Under the pieces are notes generated by a model. That model had not been told where the DNA came from and made no database searches. It worked only from the letters and a program-made list of their open reading frames with translations. Shown here piece after piece: positions 26,442 through 39,727 of a DNA stretch of 64,000 nt. Position numbers and translations under genes: made by a program. Source of the stretch: Octopus vulgaris. Its lineage: Eukaryota. The stretch's first letter is position 1. Each line of letters begins with the position of its first letter. Where the stretch lies: NCBI GenBank assembly GCA_951406725.2, contig OX597816.1, positions 2,852,001 to 2,916,000 on the forward strand. Reading direction: 5' to 3'.

Positions 26442-26883
26442 CTGTGTGTGTGCGCGCGCGCGCGATCCAGCGCTCATTTCTAAACGCTCTGGTGTTACTC
26501 TTTTCCTCACCCCCTCCCTTTATGTTTCCTTCTCTATCAATACTTACACCTTCCCCCTCCCACTGCACCGCTGCCGTTCCGGCTTTTGTCTTCGACCCCT
26601 CGTTTTTTGTTTTCTACTCCTCGCTTATCTCCCTTCCCTGTAGGCGCAGCTGGAAGCCATCTTGTAACTTTCACCGGTATTACACTCTGAAACGCCCGAC
26701 ACATTTAGAAATAGCAACAACAACAACAGCAACAGCTAAAATTAGCAACGAAAACCGCCCATCTCCATCAGCGAGCCACTCTTCAGAAACTTTCGTACTT
26801 TGCTTTGTGAAAGTACGTCTGCACTTGGGTACAGGCATATCGCATTCATTTATTTGCTTGTACATCCATAAATATATAAATAT

Positions 26884-26919
<36 letters not shown>

Positions 26920-27448
26920 ACACACACACACACTCAGATACATACATACATCACCATCTCTGTTACCCTCCCCTCACACTCTTATAATTCGCCACCCCTT
27001 TTTACCCCTCCTTATCCACTGCCCATATCCTGTCTTGCTCCTTTCTTCCTCGCTACCCCCCACCTACCCTTATTCGTTTCGGGGTAGCTATGTATCCCCT
27101 TTATAGCAAGACACTGTCGTACTTGAACCTCCAACAACTGGCATCAAAACCATCTCGACCCCACCCCGCCGCCCTCTTAAATCCGCCCCCGATTTATTCG
27201 TGGGGATTCTTTCCCTTTGTTGTTCCTTTTCTGTTCTGAAGTTATCTGGCAACGTCTCTAGTGCTGGTGGCATGAAAAAATGACCCCAGTACACCTTATA
27301 AACTGACTGGCGATGGGAAGGGCATCCAGCCATCGGATCCATGCCAAAGCTGACACTGGAGGACGATATGGTCTTTAGATTCGTTGGTCCCTATCAAAGA
27401 GTCCAACCTCTGCCAGCATAGGAAAGGGCTGTTCATTGATGATGATGC

Positions 27449-27512
<64 letters not shown>

Positions 27513-27632
27513 ACATATGTGTATGTGTTTATGGCATTGTGGAAAACATTTGTTTTTACTCGTCTGGGCGGCTGTTCTCAGTTGTGGTCGCCAAACTAAC
27601 AGCAGAGCTCGAGGTAATCCAATGCCTATTTT

Positions 27633-27860
27633 TTTACCAACCACAAGGGGCTAAAGACAGAGAGGACAAACAAGGACAGACAAACGGATTAAGTCGATTA
27701 ATTCGACCCCCAGTGCGTAACCGGTCCTTAATTTATCGACCCCGAAAGGATGAAAGGCAAAGATGACCTCGGCGGGATTTGAACTCAGAACGTAACGACA
27801 GACGAAATACCGCTAAGCATTTCGCCCGGAGCGCGAACGTTTCTGCCAGCTCGCCGCCTT
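27633..27860 (-). mobile_element. SINE family 2, full length
   Basis: Homologous to 19036-19254. taatccaatg occurs on both sides (27616-27625 and 27860-27869), which may be a TSD. Confidence 0.85.
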
Positions 27861-28692
27861 AATCCAATGTAATCCAATGCCGCTACACTAAAAAGTTTAC
27901 CTCAGCACAACAGATGAACTGCTGAGAGATGCTAAACGAACTGAACTCTAGCCATTGTTAACATGTGGCGGCAAACAGAATCTTATCCAAGAACTTCGTC
28001 ATAATAAAGGAAGTAGCACAAGCTGCCTTCACTGCTTTCATGTCATTCCTTGTATTGTTAAACAAATACACAATGAGCCTCACTCAAACAGCTGCGCAGC
28101 TGGCTTTCAAATGATATTCGAGATCAAGATAAACAATAGCGAGATTATCTTTATACTTCAACAAACCGCAAACACCGTATATAACTGGGAGAATGACGTA
28201 ACACAAACTCCCATACCTTACGTTACGGAAGGACAATCCCCGACACAATTCGCTACCTTTCCCCAAACAGGGAACCAATTCTAGACACTGAACACGTTTC
28301 TCACCTGACGATTCTTATGTCTTTTAATGTATATTTCTCCAGAAATATTCATAAAACGTAAATCATTTGTTGAGAATTCTTGTAGATCTCTCAAGAAATT
28401 GCTGACTCTCCGTGAATGGATTTCGAGTACTGTGAGATATTAGAGATCAGGCAGTGAGCCTGACATAGCAGACATCTTGGAGAGTTTGATTGCTTCTTAT
28501 AAATGTGACCTTCCAGCAACCAGATTTTTACCTACTAAACTGGAAAAATTGAAAAATAAAAAAAAAATAACATTAAGAGAGAAAGTGAGAGAGCGAGAAA
28601 GAGTGATATGAACTGTTGCGAACGCCTCCGCAAAATAGGTTTTGGATCGTCGACAAGAACGATATGTCATGACAAATAGAACATATGATATA

Positions 28693-28745
<53 letters not shown>

Positions 28746-28899
28746 TAAGCTTTGGCATACTAGAAGGAAAGTAGAATAGGAAGTTACTCCACGTGCCAAC
28801 ATTACCTTCTTCGAGTTCTCGCATCAGGAATTTACAGTTTAACAGTTTGTCTGCAATTATATAACAACTTCGCAAAAGATGTAGGAAACTCAACAAAAG

Positions 28900-31800
28900 T
28901 TACTGCTCAGACTTCTCAAAGGATCAAGCATCTGCGAACGAATCAAAACAGCATCCAAAACAGCTCGAAGATGTACCAACTTGGGTTGTTGGGTATATTG
29001 AAAACAAAAATCCTACAGAAGCAACGGAACCGTGCATTCACACTGGGTATACAAAGGGAGATAATAACAGGGAGATCATCAGCCATCTTAAGAGGGACAC
29101 ACCGCGAACTCTTACGAAATATGGTGAACACGAGAACAAAACAGCAGGCCCTTATGGATTGAAAACAAGTTGGCAAATGCTAGGCAGGATATCTTTAGAA
29201 ACAATAGACTCACAGATCGTGAAATAAGCGCGATGAACGGAAAATGACCTGAATATAAGGCAGGAAGGGAATGAGGAATCAGATGAAGAGGGCAGTTTGT
29301 CACGAGTCTTAATTGAAAGACTGCTATCTGACCAAATCACGAAAGGCCTGAAGAAATAAGAAATTCTAATAAATCTGATAAAACATAGCTAGGAAATTGG
29401 TAAGGCAACAGTATTTGAAGACCGCACATTTGCTGAAGAACATTGAGAGTCTGTGATGAAGAAAGATCAATATTAGATTAACTAATCTGTAGAAATGATG
29501 TAAGGTCGTCCAGAAAAGGAAGAATGATGAAGAGAAAATATGGATTAGCATCGTGAGAATGGATTTCAACAAAAGAAACAATGAAACAAAAAGTTTAAGC
29601 AAAAGCTCAAAGAATTCGAAGATTTGAGGAGAGAAACAAGTTTTATGAGCAAAATAAGCTGATCACATCCAATGTCAAAACATTCCACAGAGAAATAGGG
29701 AAGGAGAAAATATCCGTTGATGACCCCTTCCAATGGAAGAAGCTGAAAACTTTTGTAAAAATATTTGGAGTGAAGGGAAGACATACAATAAAAACGCAGA
29801 CTGGATTAGATGCAGAGAGAGATCCTACCCAAATTTATCAGAACAAGCATGGGAAGACATCGCAACAGCAGACACAAGCATGATTCTCACCGGTAAAGAT
29901 AGGGTGTCTAATTTCTGGTTCTCATCGCTCCTGTGTGCACACGGAATGTGAGTTCAGCTATTCAATGAAATTATGAGAGACCCGAAGAAAACAGCTGACT
30001 GGCTTAGCAAGTAGCTATTACTTACTCTCAGAGAATAATGAAACCAAAGTTTAAAAAAAAAACAAAACAAAAAAGAACTATCGGCCTATAACCTGTTTAT
30101 CCACCACTAATAAAATTTTAACATCTATCGTTGTGGCAAAAACATGCATTTATGGAATAGAACGATATTTTGCACACAGAACAAACTTCCTGTCATTGTG
30201 AAACACAAATCCCCAATTATGTCATTCTAATGGATCACTAGCTTCAAACAAACATCAATTGTGGCATTTTCCTGGCAGACTCACTTTCACCTATAGTTTT
30301 TTTTGCGTAGCTCTGATACTCTTTACAAGGGATCTTAACAGAACAGGGTATGGGTATAAAATTGACAAGAAAATAAGTCATCTATTTTATATGGATGACT
30401 TAAAACTCTATGGTAAAGACAATAATAAGCTTGAAGGCCTATTACGTACTGTGAAAGCATTCAGTGATGACATCGGGATGGAATTTGGTCTCGGTAGATG
30501 TGCCAAGGCCACTTTCCAGAAAGGGAAATTGAAGACCTCAAATTCTGTTGTGTTAGATGTTGACACAGTTATCAAAGAAATCGAGCAGGAACAAACCTAA
30601 AAATACTTCGAATAAATGAGGGCCCTGGCATTCAGCATACAATCATGAAAGAGAAGATCAGGAAGGAATGTAACAAAGTGTTAGCCATAAATTCCTTAAC
30701 ATTTCCAGTTGTTATTCATAGTTTCAATGTGCTGAACTGGAATATTAGCGAAATAAAGAAACTTGACAGGAAAATTCATAAGCTGCTGACTTGCAATTAG
30801 ATGCACCGCCCAAAGACAGACACAAACAATCTTTACCTTCCCAGAGCACAAGGAGGTCGAGGTGTGATCCAATTTGAAAATTCTTACAAAACTACCAGGA
30901 TTGGACTGGCCAAGTATCATGAAACTGGCTGCTAAAGCTCGCTGACAATCACGAAAGGTGTGAGAAGCTTCCTTCTGTCTTGAAGGATAGCCAAAGATTT
31001 GCTATTGAGTTCATGCATTATACCCAGGATGAACAGCATAATGGAAGTGCAACAAGTGTTGCTGCAAAGAAGATGAATTCAATGGCAAAGAAAAAATCGC
31101 ACGAAGAATTGGCTGAAAGCTGGGAAGAAAAACTTCTGCATGGCAAATACGTGGCTCGTAGCAAACAAGCTGATGTAGACCAGCAGTAGCAGCAAGTGGA
31201 GGTGCAATGGCCCAGTGGTTAGGGCAGCGGACTCGCGGTTTCGATTCCCAGACCGGGCGTTGTGTGTGTTTATTGAACAAAAACACCTAAGAGCTCCACG
31301 AGGCTCCGGCAGGGGGTGATGGCGACCCCTGTTGTACTCTTTCGCTCCAACTTTCTCTCACTCTTTCTTCCTGTTTCTTGTCCCCGACTTCCTACGCAAC
31401 CGCTGAGCCTGGATGCGCATTCATCCATCCGTCGATGCTCTCGGTGTCGGGGGTTGACCTGCTTTCTCTTCTGCGGGTCTTATGAATAGCAAAAAGGACC
31501 ACGTTTCGGACTTCTCCCACGAAAACCGCTTCACTCAACAAACAAACAAACAAACAAGCAGCAGCAGCAACACATCCATCAGAGGATACGGAGCTCAAGG
31601 CTAAAGGTAGAGAGTGAAGGCTTAACCTTAGCTACTCGGAATTACCTAGCCAATGTCATGAAAAGATGAGTAGACCCAAAATGCCGATTCTGCAATGATG
31701 TGATTGAAAGAGTGGACCATCTAATCTCTGGATGTAAAGTTTTAGCACCAGTGGAGTACAAATGAAAAAATGACCGACTTGGCTAATATCTGCTCTGGTA

Positions 31801-32240
31801 AATATGTCGGTATTATAAAATCAAAACTGCTGGCAAGTGGTATATTCATCGCCTTGAAGCTGTAAGTGAAGGAGAAGATGTAATGATCCTTTGGGACTTT
31901 TCTGAACATACAGACCGAACCATCAAAGCTAATAAACCGGATATTGTTGCGTAGAACCCAAACAATGAAGTTTGTTTATTGATTGGCGTGAGCATTCCTT
32001 GTGGTCATGATATACCAGCAAAAGAATTTGACTAACTCAGAAAATACAAACCTTTGCTCATCGAAATTGAAAAATGTGGTATCTCAAGGTGGTTACATGA
32101 TCAGTTACTGCAGGAGCACTTGGAATAATAAAAAAAGGAGGTGAACATTATTTGAGAATGATCCCTGGCTTACCATCCATGCAACAAGTGCAAAACATTG
32201 TCTTAACTGTTATGCCACACGTTTTGAGAGAAACATTGTC
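28900..32240 (+). mobile_element. Second decayed R4/Dong-like REL LINE
   Basis: Fragments in changing frames: NYRPITCLST, GIF.GDSLSP, ISHLFYMDDLKLY, FSDDIGMEFGLGRC, GGRGV, EKLLHGKY, CRFCNDVIERVDHLISGC, ILWDF..HTDRTIKANKPDIV, GALG, MIPGLPSMQQVQNIVL. Many stop codons. Confidence 0.88.
31196..31556 (+). mobile_element. SINE family 4 inserted in the LINE
   Basis: Has an (AAAC)n tail and a 14-bp TSD with one mismatch: agcagtagcagcaa (31182-31195) / agcagcagcagcaa (31557-31570). Confidence 0.9.
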
Positions 32241-32299
32241 AATGAGAGAACGATTACCACTCAATTATTTTCATTTTTTTTCTCACAGAATTTCATTTC

Positions 32300-32950
32300 A
32301 TTTTCAAAATGGACAATTACCTCGCCACCCTCTCGACATCCTCCTCCTTCAACCTACAGGGAGACTTCTTGAGGCTGTTCGTGGAGACCCTACAAAACCA
32401 CGATCACCTCAACCATCCTCTCCACATCGTCCTCCTTCAACATGCAGGCGCATGCTTAGAGTAGGGCTCTTCACTCAGACCATTCCTGCAACATTCCCCC
32501 ACCTTTCAATATAATTGCTGGGAGGCAGCGCTTCCCTCTTTACCCAATCTTCCTTTCAAAGTAAAACTTGAAGAAGTTGATGAGGGCTTGGTGAAAGGTG
32601 AAAGTATCTATCTTCAGCCCTTTCGATTTGGTCCACGTCACAACCTCATTCGCAAAGGCCTCTAGGCAAAGAAACACTGCCTGTCCTTCCCGGTCAAAGG
32701 AAAACAGCCGGACAATCTTCACAATGAACTCAACCGATAGCCAGATCCATCCTACCCGTGACAACAAATGTTCAGCCATGCTCGGGCTCTTGCACGATAG
32801 CGTGCAGAACGGTTTCGTCGCTCTGCGCGCATCTCGAGCAAGTCGGGGTGACGGCTCTTCCTTGCCTGTAAAATTTATCCCGGACCAGCAAGCTCCCTGG
32901 TAGCACAGCCAGGCCAGGGACTTCTGGAAGTTATCCAAGGGCTCCGGACC
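32300..32950 (-). mobile_element. L1/Tx1-like LINE ORF2 C-terminal fragment (zf-RVT-like)
   Basis: Across a frameshift the minus strand gives LDNFQKSLAWLCYQGALLVRDKF...TPTCSRCAQSDETVLHAIVQ, i.e. the C-x2-C..ETxxH motif. Confidence 0.65.
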
Positions 32951-33165
32951 ATGCATATGTGCACCACCCACCCACACACACACACGCACACACACACACG
33001 CGCACACACACAAATGCAATATTGTATATTCGTACGCCATAGCTGCATATAGTGCCGGCAATTTGTTCATGAATGCAGGGTTAGTTAGATAAGAATAGAA
33101 ATGAGCCTAGTTGTCTTCATGTGTGTGTATACAGGTACTTTCAAATATTTCAGTATGTATGGATG

Positions 33166-33372
33166 CCATTATTTAGTTTTATTTCAAGATTTTATGCCAA
33201 TAAAGAACGAGTCGCTTTCTAACCTAGATTCAAGGCTCCTTCAATGGAATTTCAACAACTGAGTATGTATGCCATTATTCAGTTTATTTTAAGGCTTCTT
33301 ACCAATAGAGAAAGAACCGGTTTCTAACCTAGAGCTAAGGCTCTTTCATTGGGATTTCAACATCAACAACGG
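33166..33372 (-). mobile_element. Two tandem copies of the 3' UTR of the (TACA)n-associated LINE family
   Basis: Each is a reverse complement of ~15065-15162 (gttgaaattcca...tctaggttagaaa...aataatg), and each 3' end abuts (CATA)n. Confidence 0.8.
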
Positions 33373-33650
33373 AGTATTTTTGTATGTATGTATGTATGTA
33401 TGTATGTATGTATGTATGTATGTATGTATGTATGTATGTATGTATGTATGTATGTATGTATACATGTATCGACAGATAGCTACATACATATACATATAAA
33501 TCTGTGTGTGTATATATATATGTATGTATGTATTTATAAATAGTTCTGTATGTATATATAATACATGCACATGTATGTATACATACATGCATGTATATGT
33601 ACATGTTTGTATGTATACGTGTAAGTATACATGTATATATATACGTAAAT

Positions 33651-33714
<64 letters not shown>

Positions 33715-34247
33715 TTATACATACACACACACGTGTGTATTGTGTATCTGTATCTGTGTGTATATATGAAAGTATATATGTGTGTATATGTATTTATTAT
33801 ATGTATACGAGTGTGTGTGTGTATGCATTCACGCAAAACTAAGAGTACGATTGCTTTGATCGAACGATATAAAATGGCTGCATCAGGTTTATCGATTTTA
33901 ATATCGTCTGCTTAAGCATTCCGAATTTAATTCGATCGTTTTAAGAAGTTGTTAGCTAAAGATGCGTGCACAAAGTGATTTCTGTGTTGCAACTCGAGAA
34001 ATATCATTGTATTAATAATAACAACGATGATGATGATGATGATAATAATGATAATAATAATAAACACTCCAATATAGATAACAACAACAACAGCAGCAAC
34101 AACAGAATGAGAAAATAACACGGGGGCTTCATTCGTTTTCTCATTAAGAACATGCTTTGATCTCCGGATAATTCACATATAATTCTAATAAAGGTCTTTC
34201 TTCATTGTCTGGATTGCCTGCGGTGGGGACCGGACGATGAAGTTTTC

Positions 34248-34288
<41 letters not shown>

Positions 34289-34413
34289 TTTCTCTCTTTC
34301 TTTCTTTCTTTCTTTTTGCACTTTTGCTTTCCCGCCATCTCATCCAGATCCAGGATGCTGTTATCAGTAAGTGTGTGTGTATGTGTCTGTGTGTGTACGT
34401 GTGTTTGTGCGTG

Positions 34414-34446
<33 letters not shown>

Positions 34447-34546
34447 CTATATATATGTGTGTGTATGTGTGTGTGTGTATATATATATATATATACTTGT
34501 GTGTGTGTATATATATATGTGTGTATTTGTGCTTGTGCGTGTAGAA

Positions 34547-34578
<32 letters not shown>

Positions 34579-34889
34579 ATGTGCGTGTGTGTGTGTGTTT
34601 AGTAGGTCTTCAACGCTCGAGGATGAGCATTCACAGTTCGATGAACTGAATTATCTGCCCCTTGACATGTAACTGGCTGAGTACGTCACAGACGTGTCTA
34701 CTGTTAACTTAACTCTCAGGTAAAACCAACACGACACAGGTTGCGTGACAAGCCTGGCTCTGTTGAATTACTGGTACAATCTTCTGTACAGTCTTCGTCT
34801 ATTCACCTTGACTCATAACTTAAGGACAGATCCGACGCTGTAGAAAATCCGACCCTCCCCCACATATATATACATATGCATTATTGATT

Positions 34890-35280
34890 TCAAATTTTAG
34901 CACAAGGCCAGCAATTTCGAGGGAGGTGGTAAATCGGTAACATCGACCCCAGTGTTCTACTGGTATTTCTTTTATCGACCCCCTCCCCCCGCCGAAAGGA
35001 AGAAAGGCAAAATCGATCCCGGTGGAATTTGAACTCAGAGCTCAAAGACGGACGAAATACCGTTAAGTATTTTGTCCCTTTTTAAGGCACAAGGCCTGAA
35101 ATTTGGTGGGGAGGGACTAGACGATTACATCGACCCCAGTGTTCCACTGGTACTTAATTTATCGACGCCGAAAGGATGAAAAGCAAAGTCGATCTTGGTG
35201 GTATTTGAACTCAGAACGTAATAACGCAGACCAAAAGCCGTTAAACATTTTGTCCGGCATGCGATTCTACCAGTTCGACG
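34890..35280 (-). mobile_element. Tandem SINE family 2 copies
   Basis: Two gcacaaggcc...catcgaccccagtgttc...gaactcaga units. Confidence 0.8.
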
Positions 35281-35321
35281 CCCTAGCAGAATAATAATAA
35301 TAATAATGATGATGATGATAG

Positions 35322-35590
35322 TGGGTGTTTCGTTCAACATCCTTAGGTAACCCTTATTCAGGGACCTTTTGAGTGGGATGGTCTACTCAACCCGAAGAAA
35401 ATTGTAACTGTGCTCCACCTGTAAGGTCATGCGCTGTTTATCTTGATACAAGATCATGTCACGCACTTATGGTTGTGATGTATGTGCCTGGTGTACCTTT
35501 ATCAGACGGGTAGTCATGATGGGTATACTGGGCTTCGTATATTTGTACCCCATTGTCACTTCGATGGTATGCACTGCCCTCTCACTCAAT
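35322..35590 (+). mobile_element. (TAA)n-tailed non-coding element, 3' part
   Basis: Homologous to 37400-37668 and ends ctctcactc|aatgataat. Confidence 0.75.
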
Positions 35591-35654
35591 GATAATAATA
35601 TAAAAATTAATAATAATAATCATAATAATAATATAATAGTAATAATATAGTGTT

Positions 35655-36000
35655 AATTGAGAAAGTAAGTAAAGGATGCTGGATCATAGATGCCCCGATG
35701 ACAAGAAGGTATACGATAAAGAAGAAAGAAAAGTCGATAGATATGACAGGTTAGCTGGGAAGGTTAAGCAGTTGTGGTCGCTGAGAAAGGAGCCTTGGGA
35801 ACAGTGAGTAAAAATCTTGAGAAGTAAATAGAACAAATAGGGGCTGTAATAAGGGTGGAGACTTTCAGAAAACAGCACTGCTTGGAACTGCTCGAATACT
35901 CCGGGTGGTTCTCGAAAAATATGGGGTGTTAGCTTAGTTCATTGGTAGTGAACAGCTGGTACCGCAGTACATCTCCATCCTTAGAAGATATGCAAAGACA
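35655..36000 (+). mobile_element. R4/Dong-like LINE 3' remnant in (TAA)n
   Basis: Encodes CWIID...KVDRYDRLAGKVKQLWSL...QKTALLGTARILRVVLE. Confidence 0.7.
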
Positions 36001-36019
36001 ATTAATAATAATAATAATA

Positions 36020-36235
36020 ATCCGTTCTACTGGAAGCACAAGGCCTCAAATTTTGGGAGAAGGGATTAGTCGATTACATCGACCCCAGTGTTTCACTGGT
36101 ACTTAATTTATTGACCCCGAAGGGATGAAAGGCAAAATCGACCTCGGCAGAATTTGAACTCAGAATGTGCAGACGGACGATATGCCGCTAAGCATTTACC
36201 CCAACGGGTTAGCGACTCTGCCAGCTTGACGCCTT
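36020..36235 (-). mobile_element. SINE family 2
   Basis: Full head-to-tail match, lying between two (AAT)n tracts. Confidence 0.8.
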
Positions 36236-36257
36236 AATAATAATAATAATTATTATA

Positions 36258-36520
36258 ATGGAAGGATTTGCAGCGTGCGAATAGTAAATGGTGTGTTGGG
36301 AAGAGTAAGCAAAAGATATAGAGAAACGGCTGAAGGAGATTGGAACAGAATGCCCGGTAGAGCTCCTACAGAAGGTTTGTCTCTTAGGGACAGCAAGGAT
36401 TATTATAAGGGTTTTAAGCACATGACTGCTGAAAACTTGTGGATACCTAAGGTTACGGGTAGTAACCCGTTACCCACATAAATCCTACCACGGATAAAAC
36501 CAAACCTGATCTTTGTTTCT
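36258..36520 (+). mobile_element. R4/Dong-like LINE 3' remnant in (TAA)n
   Basis: Encodes GVLGRVSK...ELLQKVCLLGTARIIIRVLS. Confidence 0.65.
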
Positions 36521-37131
36521 ATAACAACAACAATAATAACGGTTTCAAATTTTGGCACAAGGCCAGCAGTTTTAGGAGAGGGTGTAAGTCGACTACATCG
36601 CCCCCTGTGCTCATCTGGGATTTAATTTATCGATCTCGAAAGGATGATAATGACGTCACCATCACCATCCAATCGTTCGTTTTTTGTTACCGATGTTGTT
36701 TTTTGTTGTTACTGTTATTGTCACGTGTTGCTGCGGCAGCGGTGTTTGCCACATGTTGTTTTCTCTGTGTGACATGTAGTTGTTGTTGTTGTTGTTGCTG
36801 TGACAATTAAATGAGTTCAGAACAGCGATGGCGAGAGATATCACCGGGAAATACTTTCTGGCGCTCTTCCAACAGCCATCCTTACCCTCCATTTGCGACA
36901 CCATGTCTTTCTCTTCTTTTTATCTAAAAGGGAAAAATAAACAGAAGAAGCAAATTCCTCATCAGATTACCAAAACAAAGCGAAACTGACCGATTCCTCG
37001 GGATTCTGGTTTGGTTTAACAATAACACTGTACAATTGTTTTCAACTGTCACACTTTTGAAGCAGAGCTAAACAAAACTACAAATGATCTTAAGAAGGTG
37101 CCTTGGTGATACAACAACAACATCAGTAATG

Positions 37132-37189
<58 letters not shown>

Positions 37190-37191
37190 TA

Positions 37192-37668
37192 AATGCCCTG
37201 TTGCAGTACCAGGCAGTGGCTATCGTGGAGTCTGATCGTAACTGATTGGAAGTGTTATGTTGTACATTGTTTTGTCTTGGTATAAAAGATGGGCTACAGC
37301 AAATATTCTGCTCAATACCACAGATTTGCTTGTCAGTTATTTGACCTTAACCAGTTGAGCATGTCCATTAGTGGCTGACGATATGTGCATCTCTGAAACA
37401 TGGGTGTTTCGTTCAACATCCTTAAACAATCCTTATTCAAGAACCATTTGAGCGGGATGGGTTACTCGACCAGAAGAAAATTCTAACTGGGCCCCACCTG
37501 CAAGGTCATGCACTCTTTATCTTGATATGAGATCACCATGTCATGCACATATGGTTGTGATGCATGTGCCTAGTGTACTCTTATCAGATGGGTAGTCATG
37601 ATGGGTATACTGGGCTTCGTATATTTTACCCCAGTGTCACTTTGATGGCATGCACTACTCCCTCACTC
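37192..37668 (+). mobile_element. (TAA)n-embedded ~480-bp non-coding element
   Basis: aatgccctgttgcagtaccaggcagtggc ... ctcactc|aataataat. Other copies at 18385-18487, 35322-35590 and 39250-39727. Confidence 0.8.
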
Positions 37669-37751
37669 AATAATAATGTATCTGTCCAGACCTTCCAAAA
37701 ACTGGCCTTGCTATTTGCTTTTGAGCCAAATTAACTAACTAACTAACTAAC

Positions 37752-38118
37752 TATAAAGATCTTGAAATAGAAATTGGCAAAATGCCGAACCTCAAGACTA
37801 AAACAATACCCGTTGTCATAGGTGCCCTGGGGATGATAGCAAAAGGGGTCTAATTCTTACCTAGCTCAGATACCAGGAAACCCCAAAATGGCAGAAAAAA
37901 TAGTGCTCATGGGAACTGCCCATATCCTACGTAAAATACTGTCTGTGTAATCTCAAATTTTAAAACAAACTAATAATTTTCTTGTTTTATTAAACATTCT
38001 CTTGAACAATACTAAGTGCAAAACTAAATATATGACACCCGAGGCATAACACCAACATGAACTTCAAACTGGGTGAGACTTGGAGTCAACTTGTAGAAAT
38101 ACAAAGCAGAAGTCAAAC

Positions 38119-38120
<2 letters not shown>
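37752..38120 (+). mobile_element. R4/Dong-like LINE 3' remnant directly upstream of exon 2
   Basis: Encodes YKDLEIEIGKMPNLKTKTIPVVIGALGMIAKG...IVLMGTAHILRKILSV*. The UTR ends in (ATA)n. Confidence 0.8.
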
Positions 38121-38156
<36 letters not shown>

Positions 38157-38206
38157 TTATTTGAAAATGATTTTTAACTTTTCATTCTCTTCGTTTCTTT
38201 CTGTAG

Positions 38207-38464
38207 GAAAAAGCGGTTCGCGAAGCCCGAAACGGAGGAAATCTTCGTCGCCAAATCGTCGGATTGTCTCTTACCCTTCTTTGTTTCCAACGATCGAGGA
38301 GAAAATAGTTGAAGAAGAGAAAGAAGAAGAAGAAGTCAAAAACCAGCAACCCTCGCCGCTGAGCAAATTGTACGAGGGTAATAAGCTACGGAGTAGACAT
38401 ACGTGGCCAAAGTTTGTAGGGGATTGGGCTTTTGCAAACGACGAAGAAGATTCAGATGCAAAAG
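38207..38464 (+). CDS. Internal coding exon (basic/Ser-rich then acidic low-complexity linker), probably the same gene as the Ig exon
   Basis: Long pyrimidine tract plus ctgtag|ga acceptor and AAAG|gtgaga donor. The exon is 258 nt, phase 1-1. The last G of exon 4348-4629 plus GA gives an in-frame Gly, then KSGSRSPKRRKSSSPNRRIVSYPSLFPTIEEKIVEEEKEEEEVKNQQPSPLSKLYEGNKLRSRHTWPKFVGDWAFANDEEDSDAK. It is a unique-sequence island among repeats. Linkage to the Ig exon is inferred from strand and phase. Confidence 0.8.
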
Positions 38465-38518
38465 GTGAGATTCACTTTATTGAAGTCCTTCATCATAAAC
38501 ACCTTGCAACCATTTTAC

Positions 38519-38568
<50 letters not shown>

Positions 38569-38825
38569 TAATAATAATAATTGGTTGGCACTTTCAAACA
38601 TTTTTCCATCACTTTCCATCTCTGGAATAAACCCACCAACTCATTCTCATCGATACCCAGAGTCTCCCCGAGTACGTCGTCGCACATACCCACCACTAAC
38701 CCTCTATAGAGAGCCATAGTGCAACTTCCGCCGACCGCATTGCCCGACTGGCAGAAGTGGGTGAGTAGCTCACGATCTCGTGATTGTAAGTTCAACACTC
38801 AAACCACTAGGCCATGCGTTGTCGC

Positions 38826-38863
<38 letters not shown>

Positions 38864-38864
<1 letters not shown>

Positions 38865-39057
38865 CCTTTCCACTATAGACACAAGGCCTGAAATTCTGGG
38901 GAAGGGGTTAAGTCGATTATATCGACCCCAGCGTTCAACCGGCCCTTAATTTATTGACTCCGAAAGGATGAGAGGTAAAGTCGACCTTGGCGGAATTTGA
39001 ACTTAGAAATAAAGACGGACGAATTGCCGCTAAGTATTCTGTCAGCTCGCCGCCTTA
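38864..39057 (-). mobile_element. SINE family 2
   Basis: Matches 19036-19254 and is flanked by (AAT)n. Confidence 0.8.
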
Positions 39058-39249
39058 ATAATAATGATAATAATGATGATAATGATAATTGTTTCAAATT
39101 TTTCCACAAGGGCAGCAGTTTTGTGGAGGAGGAGATCAGTTGATTACATCGACGCCAGTGTTATATACCGCTAAGCAATTTTTCGGCGTGCTAACAGTTC
39201 TGTCAGCTCACCGCCTTAATAATAATAATAATGATAATAATACCGATAA

Positions 39250-39727
39250 TAATACCAGGCAGTGGCTCTCATGGCTTCTGATCTTCACTGACTGGAGGTG
39301 TTATCATGTACATGTTTTGTCTTGGTGTAGAAGATGGCCTACAGCAAATATTCTGCTCAATACCACAGATTTGCTTGTCAATTGTTTGACCTTCACCAGC
39401 TGATCATGCCTCTTAGTGGCTGACAATATGTGCATCTCTGATCAAGAGTAGGAGTATTAGGGTAACATCATAACCATGTGCTGAGAGGAATTCTTTGGGG
39501 TTTGAATTATTCACATCTGGAAACATTTGGCCTGAAAAAATTCTAACTGGGTCCCACCTATAAGGTCATGCACTGTTTATCTTGATACGAGATCACCATG
39601 CTGCACACGTAGTTGTGATGTATGTACCTGGTGTACCCTTATCAGATGGGTAGCCTTGAGAGGTATATTGGGCTTCATATATTTGTACCAAGTGTCACTT
39701 TGATGCCATGCACTACACTTTCACTCT
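39250..39727 (+). mobile_element. (TAA)n-embedded non-coding element, second long copy
   Basis: Homologous to 37192-37668. Confidence 0.78.

Noticed and set aside
27955-28300. Possible exon or CR1-type RT fragment (IVYLDL on the minus strand)
   Set aside because: Only one weak motif and no convincing splice pair, so it cannot be assigned.
32290-32514. Possible exon after ttctcacag
   Set aside because: It lies at the junction of a LINE 3' end and an antisense L1/Tx1-like fragment, and has no good donor.
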